DNA of 32,000 nt from Candidatus Jordarchaeales archaeon (GTDB taxonomy: Archaea; Asgardarchaeota; Jordiarchaeia; Jordiarchaeales; Freyrarchaeaceae). This document shows positions 1-8,997 of this stretch, piece after piece. The position numbers and the translations under genes are program-made. The stretch is from assembly GCA_038889235.1 (NCBI GenBank), contig JAWAHN010000002.1:134356-166355 (forward strand), read 5' to 3'. Numbering within the stretch: position 1 is the stretch's first letter; every line of letters starts with the position of its first letter. The notes beneath the pieces were generated by a model. The model searched no databases. It saw nothing but the letters and a program-made list of their open reading frames with translations, and was not told where the DNA came from.

Positions 1-1
1 G

Positions 2-82
2 GTATTAGAGGAGTCTCAAGAGGAAAAGGGTGTGGAACGCCGTGTAAAAGTCGGACAACAGAGTCTCGACAGTTACTTCTAA
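2..82 (+). CDS. 3' end of a gene entering the window; C-terminal PCNA-interacting (PIP) box protein (e.g. RFC large subunit or FEN1-type)
   Basis: Frame from nt 2 reads VLEESQEEKGVERRVKVGQQSLDSYF-stop(80-82); QQSLDSYF matches the PIP consensus Qxx[LIM]xx[FY][FY] at the extreme C-terminus. Confidence 0.6.
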   Translation, partial: VLEESQEEKGVERRVKVGQQSLDSYF

Positions 83-100
83 ACCCGGCACAGCCCCACA

Positions 101-1126
101 TCAGCACACACGGGGGATCGGCTCACCGTAAGGCTCCTCTATCACCCTTTTTCCTCCAACAACTGTTTCCATGATAACATAGCCAGGTCTTTCCTTCCGC
201 ACCTCTCCTATTATGTTGGCGTTTTTCCCGTACTTCGTTGCCCTAACAGCTTTCAGCACTTCTTCAGCTTTTTCAGGTCTCACTGCTATGAGTGCCTTTC
301 CCTCACAAGTCACCTCAAGGGGGTCTATCCCGAGCATCTCCGACGCGGCAACAACCTCCTCCCTAATAGGAATGTCTTCCTCTCTAATCCATATACTGAC
401 CCCGTTCTTCTTAGCCCAACCGTTTAAGGCTGCAGCAACACCCCCCCTAGTCGGGTCTTTCATCGCTGTGATGCCGCCCACCTTTAAAGCGGCCTTAATA
501 GTCTCATTTAGAGGAGCTACATCGGATTCTAATTTCGTTCCAAAACTTATCCCCTCACGGGCTGCAAGCAGCGCTATCCCGTGGTCTCCAACAGTTCCTG
601 TCAGTATTATCTTGTCACCGACTTGTATCCCGTGGTCGCAGATCACATCGCCTTTAACAAATCCTATCCCGGCTGTTGCCAAGACTATTTTGTCAATTTT
701 CCCTCTAGGCATGACCTTGGTGTCCCCAGCTATTAGAGCAACTTCAGCTTCGTCGCACGTGTCGCTCATGGACTTAACTATCCTCCTAAGGTCAGATATG
801 GGAAACCCTTCTTCCACTATCATGGAACACACTACGGCCACGGGGTTTGCCCCCATCATGAGAAGATCATTGACCGTTCCCGAAATGGCGAGGCGCCCTA
901 TGTCGCCACCCGGGAAGAATATAGGGTCAACGGTGTGCCCATCTGTTGTTACGACAATGTTAACGCCCTCTAACGGTATAGTTGCTCCATCGTCAAGCTC
1001 ATCCAGCCCTATCCCGCCTGGAACCTTCCGCTTTCTGATCAACGGAAGAATAACTTCTTTGATCAGTTTCTCCATGGCTACTCCGCCAGCTCCATGGGCC
1101 AGCTCAATAACCTCTTGAAGTCCCGT
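101..1126 (-). CDS. hypE: Hydrogenase maturation carbamoyl dehydratase HypE
   Basis: TTDGHTVDP.FFPGGDIG.LA..GTVNDL, GDTKV, MKDPTRGG and C-terminal PRVC motifs. The conserved N-terminal LAHGAGG lies upstream of the ORF-track ATG (1075), so the real start is probably near 1126. Confidence 0.95.
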   Translation of the reverse strand, partial: TGLQEVIELAHGAGGVAMEKLIKEVILPLIRKRKVPGGIGLDELDDGATIPLEGVNIVVTTDGHTVDPIFFPGGDIGRLAISGTVNDLLMMGANPVAVVCSMIVEEGFPISDLRRIVKSMSDTCDEAEVALIAGDTKVMPRGKIDKIVLATAGIGFVKGDVICDHGIQVGDKIILTGTVGDHGIALLAAREGISFGTKLESDVAPLNETIKAALKVGGITAMKDPTRGGVAAALNGWAKKNGVSIWIREEDIPIREEVVAASEMLGIDPLEVTCEGKALIAVRPEKAEEVLKAVRATKYGKNANIIGEVRKERPGYVIMETVVGGKRVIEEPYGEPIPRVC

Positions 1127-1132
1127 TTAAAC

Positions 1133-1139
1133 CACCTCC
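1133..1139 (-). promoter_or_regulatory. Shine-Dalgarno-like GGAGGTG upstream of hypE
   Basis: Minus strand reads tGGAGGTGgtttaaACGgga; 6-nt spacer to the in-frame ACG at 1126. Confidence 0.6.
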
Positions 1140-1279
1140 AAAAACATGCTTAAACCTGCAAAATGATTATTCTCGGAACTGCCAACATCTCTGGAACGTC
1201 ACGGACACTTTTGCCCGATGAATTTATATTCCCTTTCACATTTTTGAAATCTCTGAACGACTTGTGGAGGCCTCCCAAA

Positions 1280-1669
1280 ATGGGCGTTTGGCAAGGCAGG
1301 TCTAAGAGGAAACCCACTGGTGGCAAACTTAGGCCAGCTCGGGGAAAGAGAAAGTATGAGATGGGACGTGAACCCACCGAAACACAGGTAGGAGATACAG
1401 AAAAACGAAAGAAGATCCGGGTGCGTGGCGGTAACTTTAAAATTAGGTTGAAAGTGGCATCCTACGCAAACGTCACAGACAAGACTACGGGGAGAACTGT
1501 TAAGGTCAAGATCCTAGATCTGGTGAAGAACCCAGCCAGTGTAGATTACACCCGCCGCAAGATAGTAACAAAGGGTTCAATCATAAAGACGGAGCTAGGG
1601 TTAGCGCAAGTCACGAGCAGACCGGGCCAAGATGGCGTAGTGAACGCTGTCCTAATAGAGGCTAAATAA
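1280..1669 (+). CDS. rps8e: 30S ribosomal protein S8e
   Basis: [15 protein letters not shown]...[27 protein letters not shown]; start moved to the ATG at 1280. Confidence 0.97.
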   Translation: MGVWQGRSKRKPTGGKLRPARGKRKYEMGREPTETQVGDTEKRKKIRVRGGNFKIRLKVASYANVTDKTTGRTVKVKILDLVKNPASVDYTRRKIVTKGSIIKTELGLAQVTSRPGQDGVVNAVLIEAK

Positions 1670-1682
1670 GACGCATAGAAAG

Positions 1683-2075
1683 TTACTCCTTCTGTATTAT
1701 TTGAATGTTTTTAATGGTACACTCCCTTCCGCCAACTATCTTCGTTGAGTTACTTCCACAGTTTGGACACTTCAAAGACAATGATAATAGTTGGGGGATG
1801 TGTGGGGTCTCGTCTAACTCTTCCCTCTTAACTTCCCCCTCGTAGCCACACTCTAAACATTTAATGACACCAGGCTTGATAACTATTTTAATGGTCGCCC
1901 CTTCCGCTATGGTTCCCTCAGCGGCGGTTTCTAGTCCAAATTTCAAGTACTCTGGGTTTAATAGCGTGAGCTCTCCTAACTCCAAGTTTATCTCCGTCAC
2001 TCTCTTCGCATTATTTTCTAGGGCCGCTTTAATCACGGTGTCAATTATCATCAAAGCGGTGGAGAACTCATGCAA
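1683..2075 (-). CDS. hypA: Hydrogenase maturation nickel metallochaperone HypA
   Basis: TTG-CAT-GAG gives the MHE Ni-binding N-terminus at 2075; CLEC and CPNC Zn-finger pairs; GRECTIKNI tail. Confidence 0.95.
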   Translation of the reverse strand: MHEFSTALMIIDTVIKAALENNAKRVTEINLELGELTLLNPEYLKFGLETAAEGTIAEGATIKIVIKPGVIKCLECGYEGEVKREELDETPHIPQLLSLSLKCPNCGSNSTKIVGGRECTIKNIQIIQKE

Positions 2076-2144
2076 TCTAAAAACACCCGGCAAACTTGTG
2101 CTCCTAAAATGTTTAAAAGCGTTTTTAAGGGAGAGTAATGTCAG

Positions 2145-2477
2145 GTGGTGTCATTGAGGAGAAGAGGTATATTCATAGTCTACCCTGAATACTTCGATTC
2201 CAAACTAAGCAGACGTGGAGGGCGAAGGGTTCCTTTGAGCCTTGCTGTTCCAAATCCGACAGTAGATGAACTTGCATCTATTGCACATAAGCTTGGATGG
2301 CGTTTTAATGTCGAAACGGATGCGTCGTATCCAAGGTGCTGGTGGAACAGGAGGGGGAGGCTCGTGGTGGAAAAAGGCGTTATGAAGAAAGGGAAAGCTA
2401 TGCTTACCTTAGCCAGGAACCTTAAAGCATTGCGGGAGAGCAAGCAAATGCCTCCAAAGGTAGGGGGATCCGTTTGA
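2145..2477 (+). CDS. srp19: Signal recognition particle protein SRP19
   Basis: IVYPEYFDSKLSRRGGRRVP...P.V.EL and YPR.WW..GR..V motifs; start could be the TTG at 2154. Confidence 0.92.
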   Translation: MVSLRRRGIFIVYPEYFDSKLSRRGGRRVPLSLAVPNPTVDELASIAHKLGWRFNVETDASYPRCWWNRRGRLVVEKGVMKKGKAMLTLARNLKALRESKQMPPKVGGSV

Positions 2478-2767
2478 AGCGTTTGGGAAAAGCTCTCCAC
2501 GTTTCCTCTGCGGGCAATATAGTGGTTCAGGCGGATAAAGCTCCAGCTATTGGAAGCGTGGTCGTCAACGAAAAAATCGAAGAGGTCGGCTTGGTATACG
2601 ACGTAATAGGCCCTGTAAGCCGACCCTACGTTGTCGTAAGGCCGAAAGAAAATGTGGACGCGAAAAGTTATGTTGGAAGACTCCTTTACATCCGCGTGGA
2701 AGACAAAAAACAGGCGAAGAAAGCGGCGAAAAGCGCCACTAAAACCTCGAAGCCGAAAGCTCCCTAA
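2474..2767 (+). CDS. gar1: H/ACA RNP subunit Gar1/Naf1
   Basis: MKRLG..LH, VG.VYDVIGPV.RPYVVV motifs; Lys/Ala-rich tail; 4-nt overlap with srp19. Confidence 0.9.
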   Translation: MKRLGKALHVSSAGNIVVQADKAPAIGSVVVNEKIEEVGLVYDVIGPVSRPYVVVRPKENVDAKSYVGRLLYIRVEDKKQAKKAAKSATKTSKPKAP

Positions 2768-3938
2768 GCGAGTCAAGTAATACCTTAACGGGTGCGTCCG
2801 TCTTAATAGCTACGGGACTAAAATGAGTTTTAAAAGCTGAAAACCCCTTCTTCTTCAAAAACTCGACTACTTCTCCTATAGATGGACATGGAACGCGAGC
2901 AGCCGAACATACGTTGTGAATATTGTAGTAGAGTGGCGGCGCGCTCGCCTCCGACAGAAGCTGCTCCAAGAGGCTTAACGCCTCACTCATTTTCTTCTCT
3001 TCAGCCACCTTAATCACTTCACCTAGGAAGCCCTCTTCCTGGAGTGAGCCGCACCAAAGTGGGCCGGCCAGTCTTACATTACCCCCACACTCAGCGCACT
3101 CCTCCGATAGCCTGTGAGTAGCGAATCCTTTGACTAGCTTCCTGGACAAGCACTTATCGCAATGCACTAGGAAACCTATTTCCCGCAGCACTTTATCTGC
3201 TTCCCTCGCCCCCAGTTTACCACTAAAGTAGACTCTTACATGGTGCCCGAAGTAGTACGATATTACCGGTTGTAGCGTGTAGTCGTACTTGGCTGCCACA
3301 CTCACCGCGTGCGCTATTAATATGCGGATGGCTACCTCGTGGCAATATTCTCCCTTAAATGGGATGCTGCCATAGCGCCTTAGGCAAACAGTAGGCTGTG
3401 AACCGCAAAGGGGGGGCAGATCTGTCGCTGTAACGCAGAGAATGGCACTTTTAGGTTTTAGGGCTCTCACGGCAGATTCTAGAAAGGGAGCAGGTGAGCC
3501 GAACGGGTCTAGGTCCACGAAGTCGAACCTCTCACCCCTCGACGCAAAGAATGAAAGAAGGGTGTTCGCATCTTCGCAATATACGGGTGTCTTCTCCTTA
3601 AGACCATGCAGCTCGAAGTTCCTCTCTATCAGGGAGGCAGCGGCAGGATTTAGGTCGTTAACCACTAGGCTTTCCACGCCATCCGTTTCGAGTACGAATC
3701 TCAAAGCTCTTACACCGCACCCAGCCATCGGGTCGCACACCCTCAATTTTCTTCCAGCCCTTCTGGAGTAAGCCTGAAGAACGCAAACGGCTATATCCCT
3801 GTTTAAAGCCATTTTGGGGTTGTAGAAAACCGGAGCTCTTGAGGGGATGAAACTTCCCTTTTCAGCATAGAGGCTAACGTCTGGGGCGTAAAACATGGTG
3901 GCTCCTTCTTTGTAGCAGCGTAGTGGAAAGCTTGACAA
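2739..3938 (-). CDS. trm1: tRNA (guanine26-N2)-dimethyltransferase Trm1
   Basis: VFYNPKMALNRD, DPMAGCGVR, DLDPFGSP, TATD, HVRV, GPLW.G, THF.P..IKTDA. Confidence 0.95.
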   Translation of the reverse strand: MSSFPLRCYKEGATMFYAPDVSLYAEKGSFIPSRAPVFYNPKMALNRDIAVCVLQAYSRRAGRKLRVCDPMAGCGVRALRFVLETDGVESLVVNDLNPAAASLIERNFELHGLKEKTPVYCEDANTLLSFFASRGERFDFVDLDPFGSPAPFLESAVRALKPKSAILCVTATDLPPLCGSQPTVCLRRYGSIPFKGEYCHEVAIRILIAHAVSVAAKYDYTLQPVISYYFGHHVRVYFSGKLGAREADKVLREIGFLVHCDKCLSRKLVKGFATHRLSEECAECGGNVRLAGPLWCGSLQEEGFLGEVIKVAEEKKMSEALSLLEQLLSEASAPPLYYNIHNVCSAARVPCPSIGEVVEFLKKKGFSAFKTHFSPVAIKTDAPVKVLLDSLRELSASRF

Positions 3939-4034
3939 GCCATCTCACCGAAGCCCACTGTTTGCCTGCAAAGAGTTTTCTTAAGAAGCTTATTTATCTA
4001 CCCGACACTCACTTCTTTCTCTAGGTGAAGGCTT

Positions 4035-4676
4035 TTGCTGGTTGCTGGGGTGGACGAGGCTGGAAGGGGGCCAGTAATAGGCCCCATGGTGGTGTCCGGT
4101 GTGCTCGTTGAGGAGTCGTCTATCGAGTCACTTACACGGATGGGTGTCACTGACTCTAAATGTCTCACCCCGTCTCAGAGGTCGAGGCTTTTCGGTCACA
4201 TAATTGAGGTCGCTAAGAAGGTCATTTCCTTAGAAGTTCCCCCAAGCGAAATAGACGACGCGGTCTGTTCAGTGGGGCTAAACGAGCTCGAAGCTTGCAA
4301 GATGGCAGAAATAGTGAACGAGTTGCAACCCGACGTAGCCTACCTTGACGCCGCAGATCCCTACCCTGAAAAGTTCTACGAGCGGGTCAAAAAATACCTT
4401 TCATGCAACGCTAGAATAATTGTCGAGCACAATGCTGACAAAAAATATGTCGTTGTAGGAGCCGCCTCCATCGTGGCCAAAGTTATCAGGGATTCTCGAA
4501 TGAATGAGCTCAAGGTTTATGGTGAGATTGGGTCAGGTTACCCTCAGGATCCGCGAACTATAGAATTCCTGAGGTGTTGGGTGAGAGAGAAGGGCTGCCT
4601 TCCTCCCTTCGCCAGGAAAACGTGGAAAACAGCGAGAAGAATACTAGAGGAAACCTTTCAGAAAAAGTTAATTTGA
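4035..4676 (+). CDS. rnhB: Ribonuclease HII
   Basis: AGVDEAGRGPVIGPMVV, DSK.L, AASIVAKV.RD, GSGYP.DP; AGGTGA SD before the TTG start. Confidence 0.97.
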   Translation: MLVAGVDEAGRGPVIGPMVVSGVLVEESSIESLTRMGVTDSKCLTPSQRSRLFGHIIEVAKKVISLEVPPSEIDDAVCSVGLNELEACKMAEIVNELQPDVAYLDAADPYPEKFYERVKKYLSCNARIIVEHNADKKYVVVGAASIVAKVIRDSRMNELKVYGEIGSGYPQDPRTIEFLRCWVREKGCLPPFARKTWKTARRILEETFQKKLI

Positions 4677-5645
4677 GCTTTGCACTTTTTTGAGAAGCTC
4701 CTCCGGTTCCTCCATGGACTCTATTTCTTCTTTACTAATGATGGGAACCTTTGCGCCCTTAATCTTCCTACTTTTATCCATCACGAACATAGCGAGCTTT
4801 TGCGTGACAAACGCCAGCTTGTCCAACATCATCACTCGTTTTTCAATCATTCTCTCGTTGGCCTTACCAACTCCAGTAACAACCAGGCACTTCTCGCTTT
4901 GGTCTGCTGTAAGTGCGTCGAAAGGTGCTCTCCTAGCCAGTATAACTTTAAACCCTAGACTGGAAAGGGCTTCGAAGACCTCCCTCTCCAAGTCATCCTC
5001 CCACTCCCGTTTCTCCTCCCTCTTCTCCTCGTACTCGTAGATGGAATACCACTCCTTTAAGTCAATAGGCAATATTACGTCGGCATCTAGCTCCTCCTCT
5101 ATCTTAAGGGCTGTCTCCAAGGTGGCATCCATCTCGTTCCTTTCATACTCGTATATTGTCTTACGTGAAACACCAACTCTTTCTGCTAAGTTTCCAAGCG
5201 ATAACCCTTTCAACTCCCTAGCCTTCTTCAAAGCTTCACCGTCGATCCTCGTGTAGAGCCCTCCGTGCCTAGCAAAAACCATTGGCTGAACATTTTCTAG
5301 GACAAATTGCTTAAATGTTGAAAAGTTAAGTGTCGGTATGCCACATCTTCCGTAGACAACGCCGTCAAGCATCTCGCTTCTTCTCGTCCTCTCACCAACT
5401 ATGATGGGAGTGGCAGACAGCCGCCTTGCAAGCATTCTTAACTCTCTTCCTTGCTCGTCCTTCAATCCGTCGACATTGACAAGCACTTTAAGAAGCATCA
5501 AAAAGTCGCCTTTCCTTGCAACTAAGTCAAAACAGCTCTTAGAAGGGAGATTGTTAACTACCTGGAACCCTGCAACTTCTAAGGTTTTCCTAACTTTCTC
5601 TATGGATAAGCCTGAGGACATTTCGCCCACCGGTCTATTCTCCAC
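4668..5645 (-). CDS. Archaeal XRE/Cro-type HTH transcriptional regulator with N-terminal nuclease-like domain (COG1395-like)
   Basis: CFDLVARK..LLKVL.NVD N-terminus; central HTH LKKARELKGLSLGNLAERVGVSRKTIYEYE; APFDAL. Confidence 0.8.
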   Translation of the reverse strand: MENRPVGEMSSGLSIEKVRKTLEVAGFQVVNNLPSKSCFDLVARKGDFLMLLKVLVNVDGLKDEQGRELRMLARRLSATPIIVGERTRRSEMLDGVVYGRCGIPTLNFSTFKQFVLENVQPMVFARHGGLYTRIDGEALKKARELKGLSLGNLAERVGVSRKTIYEYERNEMDATLETALKIEEELDADVILPIDLKEWYSIYEYEEKREEKREWEDDLEREVFEALSSLGFKVILARRAPFDALTADQSEKCLVVTGVGKANERMIEKRVMMLDKLAFVTQKLAMFVMDKSRKIKGAKVPIISKEEIESMEEPEELLKKVQSSN

Positions 5646-5706
5646 TAGTAAATTTGGGAACCAAAAAATTTAAATTTTAGTTTTCCTTCGAGATCAGGAG
5701 TCGCGC

Positions 5707-5937
5707 TTACCCTGTTGAAATCAGCGTCATGCTCTTTGTTACACCCCTCGTTCTCCTAATCCTCGTGACTATTTCATCCAATTTTCGTCCTAGGTCGTCT
5801 ATTTCAACTCTAACTACGACATCCCACTCACCGTAAGTTACATGGGCTTCGGTGACTTGTTCGATTTTTGATATTTCCTCTGCAACCTCGTGCTCCATGC
5901 CCGCTTCAGTCATCAAGAGAATATAGACTACATGCAC
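5707..5937 (-). CDS. Stand-alone Lrp/AsnC ligand-binding (RAM) domain protein
   Basis: 76 aa with V.EAH.TYGEWDVVV and GV..S.TLI patterns; no HTH. Confidence 0.8.
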   Translation of the reverse strand: MHVVYILLMTEAGMEHEVAEEISKIEQVTEAHVTYGEWDVVVRVEIDDLGRKLDEIVTRIRRTRGVTKSMTLISTG

Positions 5938-5976
5938 AGACTTCCCCCCTCAAAATTTTGTCTTCACTGAGGAAAA

Positions 5977-8349
5977 ATGTTTTTCTGCTGTCCTAAGACA
6001 ATTTCGTTTATGGGTCTCTCATCGGGGAAAGGCTCTAGCCCTCATCTTCTGAGCGGAGAAGTGCACTACTTCCGTCTACCTCCGTCAGAGTGGCGTAACC
6101 GCATACTGAAAGCTAAAGAAGCCGGTCTACATGCAATTTCAACTTACATACCATGGAACTGGCATGAGATCAGTGAAGGAGTGTTCGATTTTTCGGGGGA
6201 CACTCACCCTCAAAGAAATTTAGAACTTTTCCTTGAAACAGCCGAGGAAGAAGATATGCTCGTAATTGCTAAGCCGGGGCCATACATATGCGCTGAATGG
6301 ATTTACGGTGGGATACCGCCTTGGCTTCTGAAAAGCCGACCAGAAATACGTGCTCTCGACTCTTCGGGAAAACCGACGAAGTGGCTTTCAAAAAAAGCAC
6401 CAGTCGTGAGCTACCTTCACCCAACTTACCTTGAATTTGCAGAGAGATGGATGAAAAAAGTTTCTGAAGTGATAAAGAAGTACGAGGCATCTAGAGGAGG
6501 TTGCGTATTCATAGTTCAAGTGGATAATGAGTCCTGTTACGGTTTCCATTTCTCGCCGTTCGACACAGATTACAACCCAGTAGTTGTAGGGGCATGCGGA
6601 AAGGAAGGTTTGTACCACGAGTGGCTTAAAACTAAATTCCCATCGATAGAACAGCTCAACATGGCTTACGGAACGAAATACACCGATTTCTCCGAAGTTC
6701 AGCCACCTAGAAAACTAGATGGGAGGCGCAATCTCCCAGCGGTACTCGACTGGATTGAGTTCAAAGAGCAAATAATTGCCACTTTCCTTCACAAGATGGC
6801 CGAATCTGTCAGGAGTACTGGGGTAGACGTGCTCCTAATAACGAATGACTTTTTCATCTCTCTCCTTTCCCCTCCAGTACAGGTGAAAAGTCGCTTTTTG
6901 GTCGATGCAGTAAACCTATACCCTCACTACCTTGACGACGAGTCATTTCTTGCGGTTGTAAACTACCTCGAGCTTTTCAAGGGGTGCCAACCTGGAAAAC
7001 CACTTATAGTGGCAGAACTCCAAGCAGGGTGGTTCTCTTATAAGACGTCTAAAAACACGCTGCACGCTCTGGCAAGACTTGCACACGTAAAGGGTGCTAG
7101 AATAACAAATTTCTATATGTTTTCTGGGGGAGTAAATCCTAAGGGCTTTGGCACCACGGGAAAACTCTATTTCAAGGACGCGCCAGTCAGCCCTGAGGGA
7201 AGAAAGACTGACAAGTATTATACCATCAAATTGTTCGCCTCACTCGTTGAAACTTCCCCACCACCTGACCCAACATACGACCTTCACGTTGCATACTATC
7301 ACAAGTACAGTGCTGCGGAGATCGCTGATGGTTGTGACGTTCACGGGCGGAAATACAGGGCCATATCAACTTCATTCCGCCGCCTCCTGCTATCTCTCTT
7401 AAAAAACGGGCTGAGTTACTCTATTACTCCAATTGAATTCGTCAATCCGCAGATTTCCCCTCTGTTATTTAACGCGTTTGATTTCTTAAACGAAGAAGGA
7501 GCCGAAAAGCTGGTACATTACGTCGAGGAAGGTGGTACTTTAATCCTAACCCCTCAAACTCCCTCCTTCGGTGAAAGGAACCGCTCACCTAACGCCCTAG
7601 CGGAGGCACTAGGGGTTACCGAGCAGAACGTTAGGAGCGGGGTAGTTGAGCTCGCCAGCCAAAAATTGGAGGTACGCTCCGCCACTGTTTTCAAAGTTAA
7701 AGAAGCAGAGCCCCTGGCGATTCTTAACGAAAGACATCTGTGCGGCTTCCGTTCCGACATTGGGAAAGGAAAAGTTATCCAACTTGGCTTCACTCCAAGC
7801 TTCTCTCAATTAGAAAAGCTAGTACCCAACTTGAGACCGGTGTGTAGGGCGAGCAACGTTATGGCGTGCCTTTCGAGGGACGAGAAAGGCTACAGTTTAT
7901 TTGTTTGCAATTTCGAACGGAAAGATGTCGAAGGAGTTGTCCACTTATGCCTCCCCGATTACAGCACGTTGATACGCTTTTCTCTCCCGGCGAGAGGCAG
8001 CGCGGTATGGCCCCTCAGGCGAAAGTTCAACTTTGGGGAATTGGTGTACGCCACAGCAGAAATCGTCGAAGTTAGTAAAGAAGGTCTCACCTTCTGGGCG
8101 TATGAAGGGTCAAGAGTCAGTATCGAGTTAAAGACCGGCGAAAATCTTCCACTGCATGGAGACGCCAGTAGACACCTTGGGAGAACCATGTTCTTTGAAG
8201 TTTATGCCAAGAGGGGGGAAAACATGGTTGCAGAAAAACCACTAAAATTGGTTGTAATTGGGGTTAGGCGCCCCGAGCTAGAAGGAGTTAGAGAGCGTGC
8301 AATAAACACCATAAGAAAGTTTGCCGTTAAAAGAGTTCTCGGATACTAA
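5977..8349 (+). CDS. GH35 family glycoside hydrolase (beta-galactosidase-like) with trimerisation-type domain
   Basis: LSGEVHYFR, TYIPWNWHE, KPGPYICAEW..GG.P.WL, acid/base QVDNE, nucleophile region AELQAGW, YMFSGG.N; start may be the ATG at 6010. Confidence 0.88.
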   Translation: MFFCCPKTISFMGLSSGKGSSPHLLSGEVHYFRLPPSEWRNRILKAKEAGLHAISTYIPWNWHEISEGVFDFSGDTHPQRNLELFLETAEEEDMLVIAKPGPYICAEWIYGGIPPWLLKSRPEIRALDSSGKPTKWLSKKAPVVSYLHPTYLEFAERWMKKVSEVIKKYEASRGGCVFIVQVDNESCYGFHFSPFDTDYNPVVVGACGKEGLYHEWLKTKFPSIEQLNMAYGTKYTDFSEVQPPRKLDGRRNLPAVLDWIEFKEQIIATFLHKMAESVRSTGVDVLLITNDFFISLLSPPVQVKSRFLVDAVNLYPHYLDDESFLAVVNYLELFKGCQPGKPLIVAELQAGWFSYKTSKNTLHALARLAHVKGARITNFYMFSGGVNPKGFGTTGKLYFKDAPVSPEGRKTDKYYTIKLFASLVETSPPPDPTYDLHVAYYHKYSAAEIADGCDVHGRKYRAISTSFRRLLLSLLKNGLSYSITPIEFVNPQISPLLFNAFDFLNEEGAEKLVHYVEEGGTLILTPQTPSFGERNRSPNALAEALGVTEQNVRSGVVELASQKLEVRSATVFKVKEAEPLAILNERHLCGFRSDIGKGKVIQLGFTPSFSQLEKLVPNLRPVCRASNVMACLSRDEKGYSLFVCNFERKDVEGVVHLCLPDYSTLIRFSLPARGSAVWPLRRKFNFGELVYATAEIVEVSKEGLTFWAYEGSRVSIELKTGENLPLHGDASRHLGRTMFFEVYAKRGENMVAEKPLKLVVIGVRRPELEGVRERAINTIRKFAVKRVLGY

Positions 8350-8355
8350 GCTCTG

Positions 8356-8859
8356 TTACTTTTTCTTTTTCACAAGTTCCTTAGCTTCCTCTATCCAAGA
8401 AGCAAGTTTCTTCTCGCTTATTCCCGTGGCTTCAGAGAGGAGTTTTGCGTCGCTTTTCGCCAGTTGTTCTAGGTTCTCTATGCCTGCGTTCTTGAGCTTC
8501 TCAGCAGTCTTCGGTCCAAGCCCTTTAAGAATGGTTAGCGGTGTTCCTTCCTCTACTACCTCGACCTGTTCCACTTTCGCCTTCTCAACTTTTTCGGCGG
8601 GCGCTTCTTCAACGGCTTTTTCCTCCTCGCTAACTTCTTTAATAGCTTTTCCGGCTTTCAGCACATCTACTAGTTTTCTTAGTGCCTCAACGTTTTCCTT
8701 GTGGACGCTCCTCCTTCTTTTATCGACCATTACCCCGATTTTCTTCGCGTCATGTAATGTAAGGTTTGCCTCCCTCAGTTCGCCTAAGCTGAAACCGCGC
8801 CCCTCTCTAACCTTGTTTAAGCTCTTCGGAACACGCACCATGGGCTTAATCTTCTCCAT
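8356..8859 (-). CDS. rpl13e: 50S ribosomal protein L13e fused to a C-terminal helix-hairpin-helix domain
   Basis: REGRGFSLGEL..A, VDKRRRSVHKENV (L13e); acidic linker; LKGLGPKTAEKLKNAGIENLEQLA...GISEKK (HhH). GGAGGTG SD precedes the ATG at 8859. Confidence 0.9.
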   Translation of the reverse strand: MEKIKPMVRVPKSLNKVREGRGFSLGELREANLTLHDAKKIGVMVDKRRRSVHKENVEALRKLVDVLKAGKAIKEVSEEEKAVEEAPAEKVEKAKVEQVEVVEEGTPLTILKGLGPKTAEKLKNAGIENLEQLAKSDAKLLSEATGISEKKLASWIEEAKELVKKKK

Positions 8860-8997
8860 GTAAGCCACCTCCCATTTGTTTAGACAAATGCGCTATGTGC
8901 CCTCAAAATTTCCTCGGAATTTCCTTTGAGAAGTTACTTTTTTAAGTTTCTCCGGCTGATGTTGCTCTCGTTGACGCGTAACCGGAGGCAGTGCACT

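Noticed and set aside
213-1118. 301-aa + strand ORF
   Set aside because: Antisense shadow of hypE with Ser/Pro/Thr-rich composition.
2180-2776. 198-aa minus strand ORF
   Set aside because: Antisense shadow of srp19 and gar1.
6020-6050. Possible BHB intron near the 5' end of the GH35 gene (GGC-TCTA-GCC hairpin)
   Set aside because: Central helix mismatched, no outer helix, and removing 17 nt gives no plausible start; the ORF is already open.
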